Source: the human T2T-CHM13v2.0 reference genome, Homo sapiens. Taken from it: a stretch of DNA of 64,000 nt. The notes under the pieces are model-generated. The model was not told the DNA's origin. It searched no databases and saw only the letters and a program-made list of their open reading frames with translations. Position 1 is the stretch's first letter. Each line of letters opens with the position of its first letter. Below are positions 1 to 12,417 of the stretch, in pieces. The DNA lies in assembly GCF_009914755.1 (NCBI RefSeq), contig NC_060947.1; one strand, 5' to 3'. The position numbers and the translations under genes are program-made.

Positions 1-260
1 AAATATCTAGAATAGGCAAAATCTTACAAACAAACAGTAAATTAGAGGATAGCAGGGGCTAGGGGCAGGGAAAAAGTTGAGGAGTTATTGTTTAGTGGGT
101 ACAGACTTTCTTTTTGGAGTGATGAAAAGTTTTGACACAGATAGTGGTGATGGCTGCACAATGATATATATATATAATAATTGTCACTAAATTGTACACT
201 TCAATAATAATTAAAATGGCAAATATGTTATATACATTTTATCACAATGAAAAAAGTAAA
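1..260 (+). mobile_element. Old L1 (L1MB/L1MC-type) 3' end
   Basis: Typical L1M 3'UTR motifs (gatagtggtgatggctgcacaa...aattgtacactt...ttttatcacaat) followed by an A-rich tail. Confidence 0.8.
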
Positions 261-263
261 AAA

Positions 264-589
264 GGCCAGATGTGGTAGCTCATGCCTGTAATCCCAACAC
301 TTTGGGAAGCCAAGGCGGGAGGATCACTTGAGCCCAGGAGTTGAGACCAGCCTGGGCAATGTAGGGAAACCCTGTTTCTACAAAAAATAAGCCAGGTGTG
401 GTGGCCCACTCCTGCAGTCCCAGCTACTCTTGAAGCTGAGGCGGGAAGATGACTGGAGCACAGGAGGTTGAAGCTGCAGTGAGTCATGATCTTGTCACTG
501 CACTCCAGCCTGAGCGACAAAGAGAGACCCTGTCTCAAAAAAAAAAAAAAAAAAAGAAAGAAAGAAAGAAAGAAAAAGGAAAAAAAAAA
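264..589 (+). mobile_element. AluJ, full length
   Basis: Dimeric Alu with J-type 'ggaggatcacttgagcccaggag' and an A/GAAA tail. Confidence 0.95.
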
Positions 590-739
590 CCCATAGATAG
601 CATAGATAGACAATAATTGCAGACAGAAGGCAACAGGATAATATACTTATATTGAGAAATAATAAGTTCAAACCTAAAAATGTATACTCAAATAAACAAT
701 CACTTACAAATACAGGGCCAACAAAGACCTTTCAGATGA

Positions 740-1850
740 ACAAAAGACACATTGGGGGAAGATATTTTTAATTCAAATAAATGATAAAATATTAGTATCT
801 AGAGTAAATTTTTTGAAAGCTTATAAATCATCATGAATAAGACAAATCAAGAGAGAAATGGACAAAGTATCTGAAACAGCAATTCACAAATAAAGGAAAC
901 ATTAGTGATCGATAAACACAGGAAAAATTGTTTAGCCTCATCCTCCTGCCTCAGCCTCCTGAGTAGCTTAGCCTCATTAGGAATCAGAAACATGCAGAGT
1001 AAAACATCATTTATACCCATCACATCAGGAAAAAAATTAAAGTTGGATAATATGAAATTTGGTGAGATTTCAGTGAGAAAAGCACTATTATACTTTACTA
1101 ATGAATAGGATCATATACCGTGAAAGGCAAGTTGTTAATACACATATCCTGAATTTAGCAATGACACTTCTGAGTATCTACCAAAAAGAAATAGTCCACA
1201 TGTAAACAAGGAAACAAGCACAAGAATGTTCATTATAGCATTGTGTTAATAGAAAACTTTTAGAAACCACACTTTGGATATTAAAATGGCTAAATAGGAT
1301 TTAGTGTATCGTGGAATATAATATTCTGCAGCATACAAAATGAATTAACTGGCTCTCTACATTTATCAACAAGTACACATGAATCCATAAAATTTAGAGA
1401 AGAAAGCAAATTTGACACTAATTACATGCATAATTCTACCATTTATATAGAAAAACACAAAACAGTGTTGTATATTTTTCTCGTACATATGTGGATGCAA
1501 AATTAAGATTTTTTTTAAGTGTAAATATATTTCTGAGGAGTCTGGAAGGGATCAGAATAGAGGATAGTCAAAGGAGACTTTCACTTTACCTGTACTCATC
1601 TATTTTTTTGAGTGTATGTTAGTATATTGCACATGCATTTTTTTAAAAATTGGGAAAAAATCTTTCTGAGAAGAAATGTAGTAAATTAATAGTGGTTACC
1701 TCTGGAAAGGAGCGTAGAAGAGTATTAGGTGGTCAATGGGAAACTTTTTCTCTAATTTTCTAATTTTTTTCTATCTTTAAATTTTTTTCTCTCAAATCTT
1801 CTGCATTTTACTCGGTATGTATTCACATACTACATGTTTTTAAATGTTGA
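740..1850 (+). mobile_element. Highly diverged L1ME-type ORF2-end and 3' fragments
   Basis: Degenerate motifs 'aaatggacaaag...aacagcaattcaca' and 'agaatgttcattatagcattgt'; boundaries approximate. Confidence 0.6.
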
Positions 1851-1853
1851 GCA

Positions 1854-1979
1854 CATGATTGTAAGTTTCCTGAAGCCTCCCCAGCCATGCTGAACTGTGT
1901 GTCAATTAAACCTCTTTCCTTTATAAATTACCCAGTCTCAGTTATGTCTTCATTAGCAGCATGAGAATGAAATAATACA
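1854..1979 (+). mobile_element. THE1/MST (MaLR) LTR 3' fragment
   Basis: catgattgtaagtttcctga..gcctccccagccatgctgaactgt...aattaaacctctttcc...taataca. Confidence 0.9.
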
Positions 1980-2329
1980 CATACCAAGCCTGACAGCCAA
2001 TCTGGAATGTTGATGTTGTTTACATGGGAATTGCACTGAATCTGTACATTGCTTTGGGCAATATGAATACCCAGATTTTAAGGAGGTCCTTGATAGTCCT
2101 GGAGCAGGAAACACACCCTGGAGGATCCTTGATCATCCTGGTCTCTCCCATTCATGTACGATTAATAGAATATATTTATGCATATTCAATGCTTTTGTAA
2201 AGAAAATTTGAGGTTTTCACTAATTTATATATTTTAATTCTCTTTTGTGGGATAGATATTATCTTACACATTGCTTGAAATTTTAACAAGAGGTTTATAG
2301 TCAAAGTTTTTTTCCTATGTTGTTCCCAC

Positions 2330-2820
2330 CCATATTACTCTCAGTCACCAAGGACAGCACATGTCATCAGTTTCTTCTAGAGTTATACACATTTTATGTG
2401 TGTGTATATATATAAATATATGTGTGTATGTATATATATATTTCATATAGAGTATATCCATCTACTACCCCATTTTTTCTTGCATTTACTTTACTTTTTA
2501 ACTCAAAACAACTTGAAGTTTGCTTCTTATCAGTGTATGATTACTTTGTTGATTTTTCAATATTTTCTTCTGTGAATGCACAGTAATTTAGAGAGCCCAT
2601 CCCCTACTCACGAACATTTGTTTCCAGATTGCTATTACAAACTTTCCTACAAGAGTAATCTTGTATTTATGTCATTTCACAACAATGTACGCAAGTATAA
2701 CTTCAGAATAAATTCTTAAATGTGGAATTACTGATTCCAAGGATAGGAGCATTTGCAATTTTGATGGGTTTAATAAAATTTATATTCCCTTCAGTAATTA
2801 TGAACTTGCCTTAACCCATT
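2330..2820 (-). mobile_element. Old L1M fragments
   Basis: Antisense L1 motifs ('gaacatttgtttccag..ttgctattacaaa', 'gtggaattactg..tc.aagg'). Confidence 0.5.
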
Positions 2821-3244
2821 ACATACTCACAGAAACATTAACTAATTTATCCTTAACCAATATATTCCATTTGATTTTTACTTCCACTTCAGAAGTGTAA
2901 ATATCTAATTGACACTGATGTAATGTTGATTTATTTTTTAACACATGAGATTTAATAATAAACATATTGCAAGGGGTGCATTTATATATGGTTTATTTGT
3001 AATGTTAACATGACTAGTTGAAAAATCGAAACAAAATTCAGTAGAACAATCTTTAACAATGAAGGAAGACATCTGAGAACAGTTTCTTTCCAAACTGATT
3101 GATTTAATAAAAAATGATTTTGCTTCCTATTAAAGTATCTAAAAAGTTTTGTAGATTCCAAAATATTTACTTGATTAAACTAAAAGTTATTACCCCTTAC
3201 TTTTATTAAATCAATCCTTTCTTTTTCTGAAGTTGTTGCTACTT

Positions 3245-3395
3245 CTATAAATATACATATTTATATTTATATATAAATGTAAATATAGATGTATATATAA
3301 AATGTATAAATATGTAAATGTACATATACACATATTTACATATAAATGTAAATATATATAACATATATACATATGTAAATATATACAAAAATATT
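3245..3395. repeat. AT-rich (TA/TACA) low-complexity tract
   Basis: Visible degenerate atatac/atataaatgt repeats. Confidence 0.85.
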
Positions 3396-3544
3396 TGTGA
3401 TATGTGGTACCTTCTGGCCTAAGCAATCTGAATTTGAATCCTGTATGTTGGCAAACTTTTAAAATTAATTGAATCACTAATTAAGTTGTTACTAAGAGGC
3501 TTTGTTTTTTGTTTTATTTTTGCTTTAAATTTAACATCTAAACA

Positions 3545-3862
3545 TTTCCCCTATTGGGATCAGGGGAGCAAAAGAGATGAGAGTACCCAGGGTTGATTGA
3601 ATCCTTGTATGATGTCCTGGTGACTACAGAAGTGCTAATAATGGGTGCCCAGTTACAGATTATCAGTATCAACCTCAGCATTTTTAGATCACTATTCCTT
3701 TGATGTGATCTTGGGTGTGCCCAACCAGTGCCTACCAAATTACTGAGCCTGGTACTTTACCCTTCCTGCAGATTCCATGCTATCTTTGTAAAAAACTTCT
3801 TTTCCTGCCTAAGTGAGCCATAGTTGTCACTTGTTTTGTTCCAAGTGAAAATCTTGACTAAA
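3545..3862 (+). mobile_element. Old ERVL/MaLR-type LTR remnant
   Basis: 3' end resembles the LTR33/MLT terminus 'ttcctgcctaagtgagcc..agttg...atcttgactaa'. Confidence 0.4.
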
Positions 3863-4559
3863 CTCAATAGTAAACAGGCATGCATTTAATCCTTGATTTA
3901 TAATTGTTTGAATTGGTCAAACTTATATGATGAGTGACTTATAAGCAGATATTGACTATTAACATGTTATCAATAAAAGGCATTACAGATGATACAATAC
4001 AGATTAAAACCTGTATGTTAATTAGAGCTTGTAGTCCATATTGAAAAGGAAGTGTTTCAAAGTTTTATTGTAGTGTCATTTCATACCAATGTACACTGTA
4101 AAGACACTTACAACTTCACACTTTAAGTCTGACATAAGCAGTATAACTTCTGAGCAATTTTTTGAGAGAGGATTTCTGGAATTCTTTCAGTTCCTTAAGA
4201 TTACAGTTGTGTCTGCCTCCATGGAACTTTATTTCCCATCTATGTATTCAAGTATTCTCAAGATGAAAGAACTAAAGGGGAAAAAAACATTGTACCAGTC
4301 ATTTAGGCACTTGAGAGTAGGTATTATCTCCAAGGGGAATACATATGAAAGAATATGTTATTTTCCATGATTTGCATTTAGAAATATTAACTTAGATTTT
4401 CTTCCAACTGAAGAAACTAAAACAGAAATTAAAAGCAACAGTATCACATCTCTATAGCAAAGAATATAAGGATTTTCTGTTCCATAACCTGAAGCCTATG
4501 AGTGTTATTCCCTGCGAAAGGTATTTATCGATCATTATATTTCAGGGGAATTCATAGAA

Positions 4560-4970
4560 TGTATGTATCTATAATAATGTAATTGCCTAAAAGACAGAAA
4601 AAAAAACTGACAACAGTGACTTAAACACACAGAAGTGCATTTTTATTACCTAACCTGTGAAGAGGTATCCTGTGCAGTAGGACGTCCTCAGGGAATCTTG
4701 GCTCCTTCCCTCTTCCCACTCCATTATTCTTCACTTGAATTTCAAGTATAAAGAAAGAAGAGCCAAAAGCTTTCTCCTTCCAAAGCTTGTTTATTGATTT
4801 TTTGAAGGACTTTTACATCCATTTATTTACTTAATTACTGCTCATCTGGCCATTCTGGCTGCAAGGAACGGTGAGCCACTGCTAATTAGCTGTCTACTCT
4901 GCAGTGGAGAAAGGCAGGAGAAACGGGATTGTAAAGAACTTTTGAGTAGCCAATGAACATATTCCCCCAC
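4560..4970 (-). mobile_element. Old MLT1 (MaLR) LTR
   Basis: 'acagaaaa..ctgacaacagtgacttaaaca' and 'gagtagccaa' termini. Confidence 0.5.
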
Positions 4971-5929
4971 TGTATGTTTCCCTGTTAGAGTAAGTTTAAA
5001 GCACTTTTAATGAATTGAAACAACTAATCAAACTTGCTTTTTGTTTCCATATTTGATGGTAGGTTTATCTGAAAGGACCCAATCATTAGTTGTTTTGCTG
5101 ACACTTGGATAAATATGTAGAGAAGGACTAGTGCCTTTGGGAAAATTACACAATACCAAAATTTTAAAAAATATACTTGGCCAAGGAAATATTTTGCTTG
5201 TGAAGCAGAAGCGTGAAAAAGTTATCTAAGAGTTCAATTTCTGTCTGGGAAGTGTGTATTTGTTTCCTAAATAACCATGAGTGCAGACCAAGTCTTATAA
5301 TGCCACTTTCTTCAAAGAAGCAACGATAGGTCATTTGAAATTTGAAGGTCATTTAAAACTCTGCCCTAGACAAATAGAGTCTGATTTTGTCAAATATATT
5401 CATGCTTTTGGGATATGGCACATTTGAAAGAAAAGCCTACATTAAATGTCATGCATTACTTTAGATATTAAATAAAAATGAACTCTAAGTACAGTTTTCT
5501 AAGAATCTATAGTTCCCTTTTTTTCTATTCAATTTTATTTTTTCAGAAAGCTGTTCCTTTTTTGTCAGTTTAATTTTGCTTGCTGGTGCAGACTGTGTTG
5601 TGATATGATATGCTGATTTGGTCTCTCTTCTCATGTTATATGATGTCACCCAATAGGGGTCTGCATTGCTGAATTATACTTCCCTTTGGATATGTCAAAC
5701 CTGTGGCTCTAATTTACTTTTTGTCAATTATGACTTTGAGAGCAAATGAACCTATGTGCTGAAGACACATGTATATGTTGCCTCAACCCCTACACCTCCA
5801 CACACATTGATGTATTTGTAGAAACTCAAAGAAAGTGAGTAATTACAAAGCATTTGATGTAACATTTTCACAAATTGGTCTTCATAACTTGTTATGCATT
5901 CCACTTTCTCAACTTTTTTAAAAAAACAC

Positions 5930-6290
5930 ACAATATATAATAAATAGGTGAATAGGGACAAGCTGTTTCTTACAGTATAATTCCAATTAATACATGAAAA
6001 AGGAATGATGAAAAATGAAAATTTTATTTAGTCAAACACTAGAGAACCATCACTGGATGCTAAAATTAGTAGGTAAAGTGTGACCAGAAACAGAATACTT
6101 GCCTCATCACAAAGTATCTCCCCACAAAATACAGATTAATATAAAGTGAAAAATGGTAACTTTACGGTAGAGGAACGTGGCAGACAGTAACTTACCCACC
6201 TGAATACATTTCACATTGCCAGTATGAGACAGTCTTTCTGCACCTCTTCCTGACAGGATCCAGAGAAGGGCACAGCATCACCTGACATCC
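5930..6290 (+). mobile_element. L1MC4/5-type 3'UTR fragment
   Basis: 'caaagtatctccccacaaaatac...gtaactttac.gt.gag..cgtggcagaca'. Confidence 0.75.
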
Positions 6291-7610
6291 TTATGGCTCT
6301 GCAGGCTCTCCTCAGAATACAGGGCTCCTTCACATCTCTTTTTGCTAAGGTGACCTCCAAGCTCATATTTCAACCTTATAGGTATATCTTGCCTCAAGGC
6401 CAAGGAATTCTCAATTTCTCCAGGAAATTTCTGCGAATATTTTATACACAGAAGGCTGAGTTAGTGTAATAGGGGATATAAACAGAATAAAACATACTGT
6501 TCAGCCTCCCCAAGTTCAGAGATTAACCAACGATGCATAAATCTGAGTATGTAAATATAAGAAAAATGTAACCAAGGTCTATGATGCAGGTAGAAGCAGT
6601 GTCACCAGCACTAGTGAGCTAGACCTAGACATAATGAGCACTGGTTACTATGTTTAGACTCTTCCATGGTTCACACTTCTGGGGAAGACATGCATCCTCA
6701 CTTAAGAACCATAAAATCACAAGACAGTATGTACGAACAAAGGGAAAGCAGAAAGTTTTGGATGTACTGGTTCAAACCTATGCTAGACTGTCATTCTGAT
6801 ATGATACAAAATATTATCTTCTACTTCTCTTCATTCATTTTATCCCTCAAATTGCCCTTCCATGTTCTCTCTCCCCTTCTCGAGCACATTCTTTCTATTC
6901 TTCTGTTTTCAATGTGGCAACAAAAATTTCACAATTATATTGATATCCATGACCTCTTATTTTTAAGTCAACTTAGACTTCACAATTATACTTTTATGAT
7001 CTTTAGAATTGATAACCACTAAAAAATGTACATATATATGAATGAATCTTGAACAAATAAACAAATAAATATCTCTTTACCCTTTGATGCATAAAAGTTA
7101 AATTACCACATGTGTTTGGAACTGATTTAAACATTTTCTTTTCTGAAGGTCAGAATATCATCAAGAAGGATCTTTGAAGTACATTCTAATTTTGTATCAT
7201 CTTCCCGTTCAAGGCACTTCAACAAAAGATCGCCTTGCACTTACACATAGCCATGAATACTGGTATCATGTGTCACTGATTAGCAGACTGTTTCTGGAGA
7301 TACTGTGTAGCAATTGTATTGTGCGGATAGTATTTGAAAATGGAGGACCAAAGAGTCATTCAGCAGTGGAAACAATGAGTTACAGAAGCTAGGGTATCAT
7401 TACATTACTGGTTGGGGAAATACCTGGAAGAACAAGTTAAAGATTAGCAAAAAGAAGTTAGTATAGTACACAAAGAAAGTCATCAATTTCCCTGTGAGGA
7501 AAGGAGATAGTAATACAAAAATTACAAAATGTACTATTGCTGTGTAAATTAAATTCCTTCATTTTCCCTGGGAGTACTAGGTTTGTGTTCTGTTTTGTAA
7601 TAAAATGTAA

Positions 7611-7671
7611 TGCACCTCATAAATATATACACCTACTATGTACCCACATAAATTTAAAATATAAAACATTA
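7611..7671 (+). mobile_element. Tiny L1 (L1MA/PB-type) terminal fragment with TSD
   Basis: 'aaatatatacacctactatgtacccac' L1 terminus; flanking direct repeat taataaaatgta at 7598-7609 and 7672-7683. Confidence 0.75.
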
Positions 7672-7789
7672 TAATAAAATGTATTAAAACTTTAATCCTG
7701 TTTTATAATGTAATTTAAAATAAATTACAATTGGTATATGTGTGGTGTTTACCTTGCACAAATAGGTTTCTCTCACACAATCTTATGTG

Positions 7790-7960
7790 TTTTTCACAAT
7801 AGTCCTGTGAGATTGGCATGGAAAATATTTTCACTTTATACTTGAGAGAGCTGAATCTCAGTAAGGGCTGATACTTTGTCCAAGTTAAATTGGTCTAACA
7901 CACAGCAAATTGAGTTCTCAACACCACACTTCCTGTTCCAAGGACCATGCTCTTCACAAA
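7790..7960 (-). mobile_element. MIR
   Basis: MIR core-like 'cacaatagtcctgtgag...ctgaatctcag...tttgtccaag'. Confidence 0.6.
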
Positions 7961-10337
7961 TCACTCAGCTCATCAGAAATCTGCTAGAGAAACAAGCTGC
8001 CAATAGTTGTTTTCTGATAAGTTATTGATCTAGACTCTTTGTTTAAATTCCTTGACTTTTAAGCAACCCAAAAAGAAATAATGGGGAACTTCTAGTACAA
8101 CCTAAGAAAACATAACTTTGAAGATGTTCCAAAAGAAGAAATTAAGAATCAATTGGAGCCATGCATTGTGAAGCCAAAGGCCTTTTCTCTATCATAAAGG
8201 TTTCAGGGAGAGTGACTACCTTTTTTTTTCTTCCATCTACTCCCCTCCACTCCCTGCTTAGCACCAATTATGGATATCATTGCTATCTTACAGAATCCCA
8301 GGGAGATGGAGGGCACTAACAAATGCATCATTCTTCCCCTAACCTGCTTGTTAGTCAATCAAACATCTAATTTATATATTGAGTATGTCTTGCAGAATGG
8401 TTTATAGATATTTCCTTTTATAATATTCTCCAGGAAGATAGGATACAATGCAGACAGTTCAATAGATTGTTTTTACAAAGCTGTCATATCTTCAAAAAAT
8501 TACAAAAATGTGCTGCATCCTTGAGAGATAGCCGGAAACAGTGCAACACAGTGAAAAAAGAAACCATACAGATGTCCTTTGAGAGCCTTTAACCCATCAG
8601 TCAATGTCCTCCTCTAGAGTCACTTCTATTCACAGCACTAAAATGAATAAATATCCTGTATAGCATCTTTTAGGTGAAAACAGTTCATGAAGCTGTTTGA
8701 CATTATTTAATTTTTAGTGCCATATTTCCACAGCTTTTTCCTTTGAGGAAAGTGTTTATGTAAGATTATTTATTTTAAACCAGTGCACTGATGTTAAATA
8801 GATGCTCATTCACACATAGGTGTTACCTAAACCCACTGACAATTTCAGCTTCTGACTGATTCATTGTTCAAACTCCTGACATTTTCCTGAACCTATCACA
8901 ACTCATAAGGAACTCTCAACAAACTATAAACTGTCCATAAAGAGCCACTAAATCAAGCAGAACTTTTGTGTGCGTGTGTGTGCAATTTTTCCATCTTTTG
9001 TGAGGTATAATTAACAAAAAATTGCATAAATTCAAGGTGTACATGTCATGATTTCATATACATATGCATTGTGAAATGACTACCACAATTTAATTAACAT
9101 CTACCACTACATCTTTCCCCTCCTCTCCCCACACCCTCAGCCCCTAAGAACCAGGTTTCTACTCTGCTTCTACGAGTTTTACTTTTTATATTTTACATAT
9201 TAATAAGATCACATTATGCAGTATTTGCTTTTCTGTGTCTGGCTTATGTCACTTAACATAGTATCCTCCAGTTTGAGCCATGTTGCCACAAATGGCAGGA
9301 TTTACTTATTTTTTTATGGCTGAAAAATACCACATTTTCTTTATCCATACATCCATCAACAGACACTTCTAGGTATATAACCAAATAAAATAAATTCAGT
9401 ATCTTGAAGAGATATCTGCACCCCCATGTACATTGTAGTTGTGTGATCATGAGCTTGAGGGTGCAGATATCTCTTCAAAATACTGAATTCATTTTCTTTG
9501 GCTATTTACCCAGAAGTGGGATTGTTGGATGGTATGTTAGTTCTAGCTTTAATTTTCGGAGGAATCTCCATATTGTGTTGCATAGTGGCTATATCAATTT
9601 ACATGTCCACCAAAAATGTACAAGGCTTCCTTTTTTTCTACATATTTACCACTTTTTGTCTCTCATCTTTTTGATAAGTAGCCATCTACACAAGTGAGAG
9701 ATGATATCTCATTGGGGTTTTGATTTACATTTCTGTGATTATTAGTGATGCTGAGCATCTTTTCAAACACTTGTTATCTAGTTGCATATCTCCTTTGGAA
9801 AAATGTCTATTCAGGTCCTTAGGCCATTTGTTACTTGAGTATTTATTTATTTGTTTGCAGTTGAGCTGTTTGATTTCTTTATATATTTTAGATATTAACC
9901 CCTTAACAGATACATAGTTTGCAAATATTTTCTCTCATTTCAGAAGTAGCTTTTGAATTTTGCTGATTATTTCCCTTGCTGTGGAAAAGCTTTCTAGTTT
10001 GATGTAGTCCTACGTGATTATTTTTGTTTTTGTTGCTTTGCTTTTGGTGTCATAGTGAAAATTCATTGCCATGACCAATAACAGGGAGATTTTTCTCTAT
10101 ATTTTCTTCTAGGACGTTTAGTTTCAGGTCTTATATTTAAACCTCCATTTCTAGTTATTTTTTATATGTAGTTTAAAGTAAGTGTCCAGTTTATTATTTT
10201 TGTAGGTGAATATGTAGTTTTTCCCTACCATTTATTTAACAGACTATCCTTTGTCCATTGTGTATTCTTGGTGTCCTTGTCAAAGATAACTTGACTGCAC
10301 ATGTGTGAGTTTATTTTTTATCTCTATATTCTGTTTC

Positions 10338-10655
10338 ATTTTTTTAAACTTTATTTTAAATTCAAGGTTACATGTGCAGGTTTTTTATATAGGTAAACTT
10401 GTGTCATGGGGTTTGTTGTACAGATTACTTTTTCACCCACGTTTTAAGCTTAGTAACCACTGGTTATTTTTCCTGATCTCCCTCCTCCCACCTGCCACCA
10501 TAAAGTAGGCCCCGGTGTCTGTTGTTCCCCTCTATGTACCCATGTAATCTCATTGTTTAGCTCACACTTAAAAGTAAGAACATGCAATTTTTGGTTTCCT
10601 ATTTCTGCATTAGTTTGCTAAGGATAACGGCCCCCACCTCCATCCACATTCCTAC
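10338..10655 (-). mobile_element. L1PA13-16-type 3' end
   Basis: 'acatgtgcagg..ataggtaaacttgtgtcatgggg.ttgttgtacagatta'. Confidence 0.85.
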
Positions 10656-10707
10656 AAATTTGTTTATTGGTTCTACAAGCTCTTTGGTGGAGTCTTTAGG
10701 GGTTTCT

Positions 10708-10947
10708 TTTCCTTCCTTCCTTCCTTCCTTCCTTCCTTCCTTCCTTCCTTCCTTCCTTTTCTTTCTTTCTTTCTCTTTCTTTCTTTCTTCCTTCCTTTTC
10801 TTTCTTTCTTTCCCTCTCTCTTTCTTTCTTTCCTTCCTTCCTTCCTTCCTTCCTTCTTCCTTCTTCCTTCCTTCCTTCCTTCCTTCCTTTCTTTCTTTTT
10901 CTTTCTTTCTTTCTTTCTTTCTTTTTCTCTCTTTCTTTTCTTTCTCT
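10708..10947. repeat. (CCTT)n/(CTTT)n polypyrimidine microsatellite derived from the Alu tail
   Basis: About 240 bp of pure pyrimidine between the Alu TSD and the Alu body. Confidence 0.95.
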
Positions 10948-11214
10948 TACTCTGTTGCCAAGGCTGGAATTCAGTATCCGATCTTAGCTCACTGCAACCT
11001 CTGCCTCCCAGGATCAGGATCCTCCCGCCTCAGCCTCCCAAGTAGCTGGGTCTAAAGGTGTGTGCCACTATGCCCAGCTAATTTTTGTATTTTTTGTAGA
11101 GACAAGGTTTTGCCACGTTGCCCAGTATAGTCTAGAACTCCTGGACTCAAGTGATCTGCCTGCCTCGGGCTCCCAAAGTGCTGGGATTCCAGGCATGAGC
11201 TACTGTGTCTGGCC
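10948..11214 (-). mobile_element. AluJ
   Basis: Antisense Alu; TSD agtctttagg(g/t)tttct at 10691-10707 and 11215-11231. Confidence 0.93.
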
Positions 11215-11236
11215 AGTCTTTAGGGTTTTCTATATA

Positions 11237-12417
11237 CAGCCATGCATCACGTACTGACAGGGTATGTTTTGAAAAATACATCGTTAGGTAATTTCATTGT
11301 GTGAATAACATAAAGTGTACTTACCCAAACCTAGATGGTATAGCTACTATGCACCTAGGCTCGATAGTACAGTTTATTATTCCTGGGCGGCAAACCTGTA
11401 CAGCATGTTACCATACTGAACACTGCAGACAATTGTAACACAATAGTGTATTTGTGTATCTAAACACAGAAAAAGTACAGTAAAAATACAGTGTAAAAGA
11501 TAAACAATGGTACATCTGTATTGAGCACTTATCATGAATGGAGCTTGCAGGTCTGGAAGTTGCTCTAGGTGAGTAAGTGAGTGAGTGGTGAGTGAATAAG
11601 AAAGCCTAGGACATTACGGTACACTACTGTAGATATTATAAATGCCGTACACTTAGACTACAACAAATGTATTAAATAATTACTTTTTGTTCAATAATAA
11701 GTTGATGTTAGCTTACTGTAACTCTTTTACCTTATAGACTTTTTATTTTTTTAAAAGATTTTTACTCCTTTGTAATAACACTTTGCTTAATACACAAATT
11801 GTATAGTAGTACAAAACTTTTTATATCCTTATTCTACAAGCTTTTTCTATTACAACAATTTTTTTAACATTTTAAACTTGTTTCTTAAACACTAAGACAC
11901 AAACTCACACATTAGCCTAGACCTATACAAGGTCAGGACCATCAATATCACTGTCCTCCACCTCCACATCTTGTCTCACTGAAGGCCATCAGGGGCAATA
12001 GTATGCATGGATCTGTCATCTTCTACAATAATAATGCCTTCTACTGGAATGCTTCCTGAAGGCCCTGCTTGAGGATGTTTTACAGTTAACCATTTTTTTT
12101 AAATAAGTGAATTAAGTACACTGTAAAATAATGATGAAAATGTATAGCGTAATAAATACAAAATGAGTAACAGTCATTTATTATGTTTATCAAATATGTA
12201 CTGTACATAATTATATGTGCTAGATTTTTATACAACTGGTAGCACAGTACATTTGTTGATGCCAGCATCACCACAAACATGTGAGTAATGCATTGCATGA
12301 TGAAGGCTAAGATGTCTTAGGCAATAAGAATTTTTCAGCTCCATTATAATCTTATGGGACCATCGTTGTACATGTCGTCTGTCATTGATCCAAATGTCAT
12401 TATGAGGCAAATGGCTG
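11237..12417 (-). mobile_element. Tigger3b (MER7/GOLEM family) DNA transposon, apparently full length
   Basis: TIR-like ends cagccatgc...tggctg at a TA site; internal 'aaacctagatggtatagc' and 'ccattataatcttatgggacc'. Confidence 0.9.

Noticed and set aside
242-613. 123-aa ORF and similar ORFs at 10582, 27339, 30241, 35487 and 44517
   Set aside because: Alu or microsatellite read-through peptides, not genes
4089-4370. 93-aa plus-strand ORF in unique DNA
   Set aside because: No recognisable domain or plus-strand gene context; length is compatible with chance
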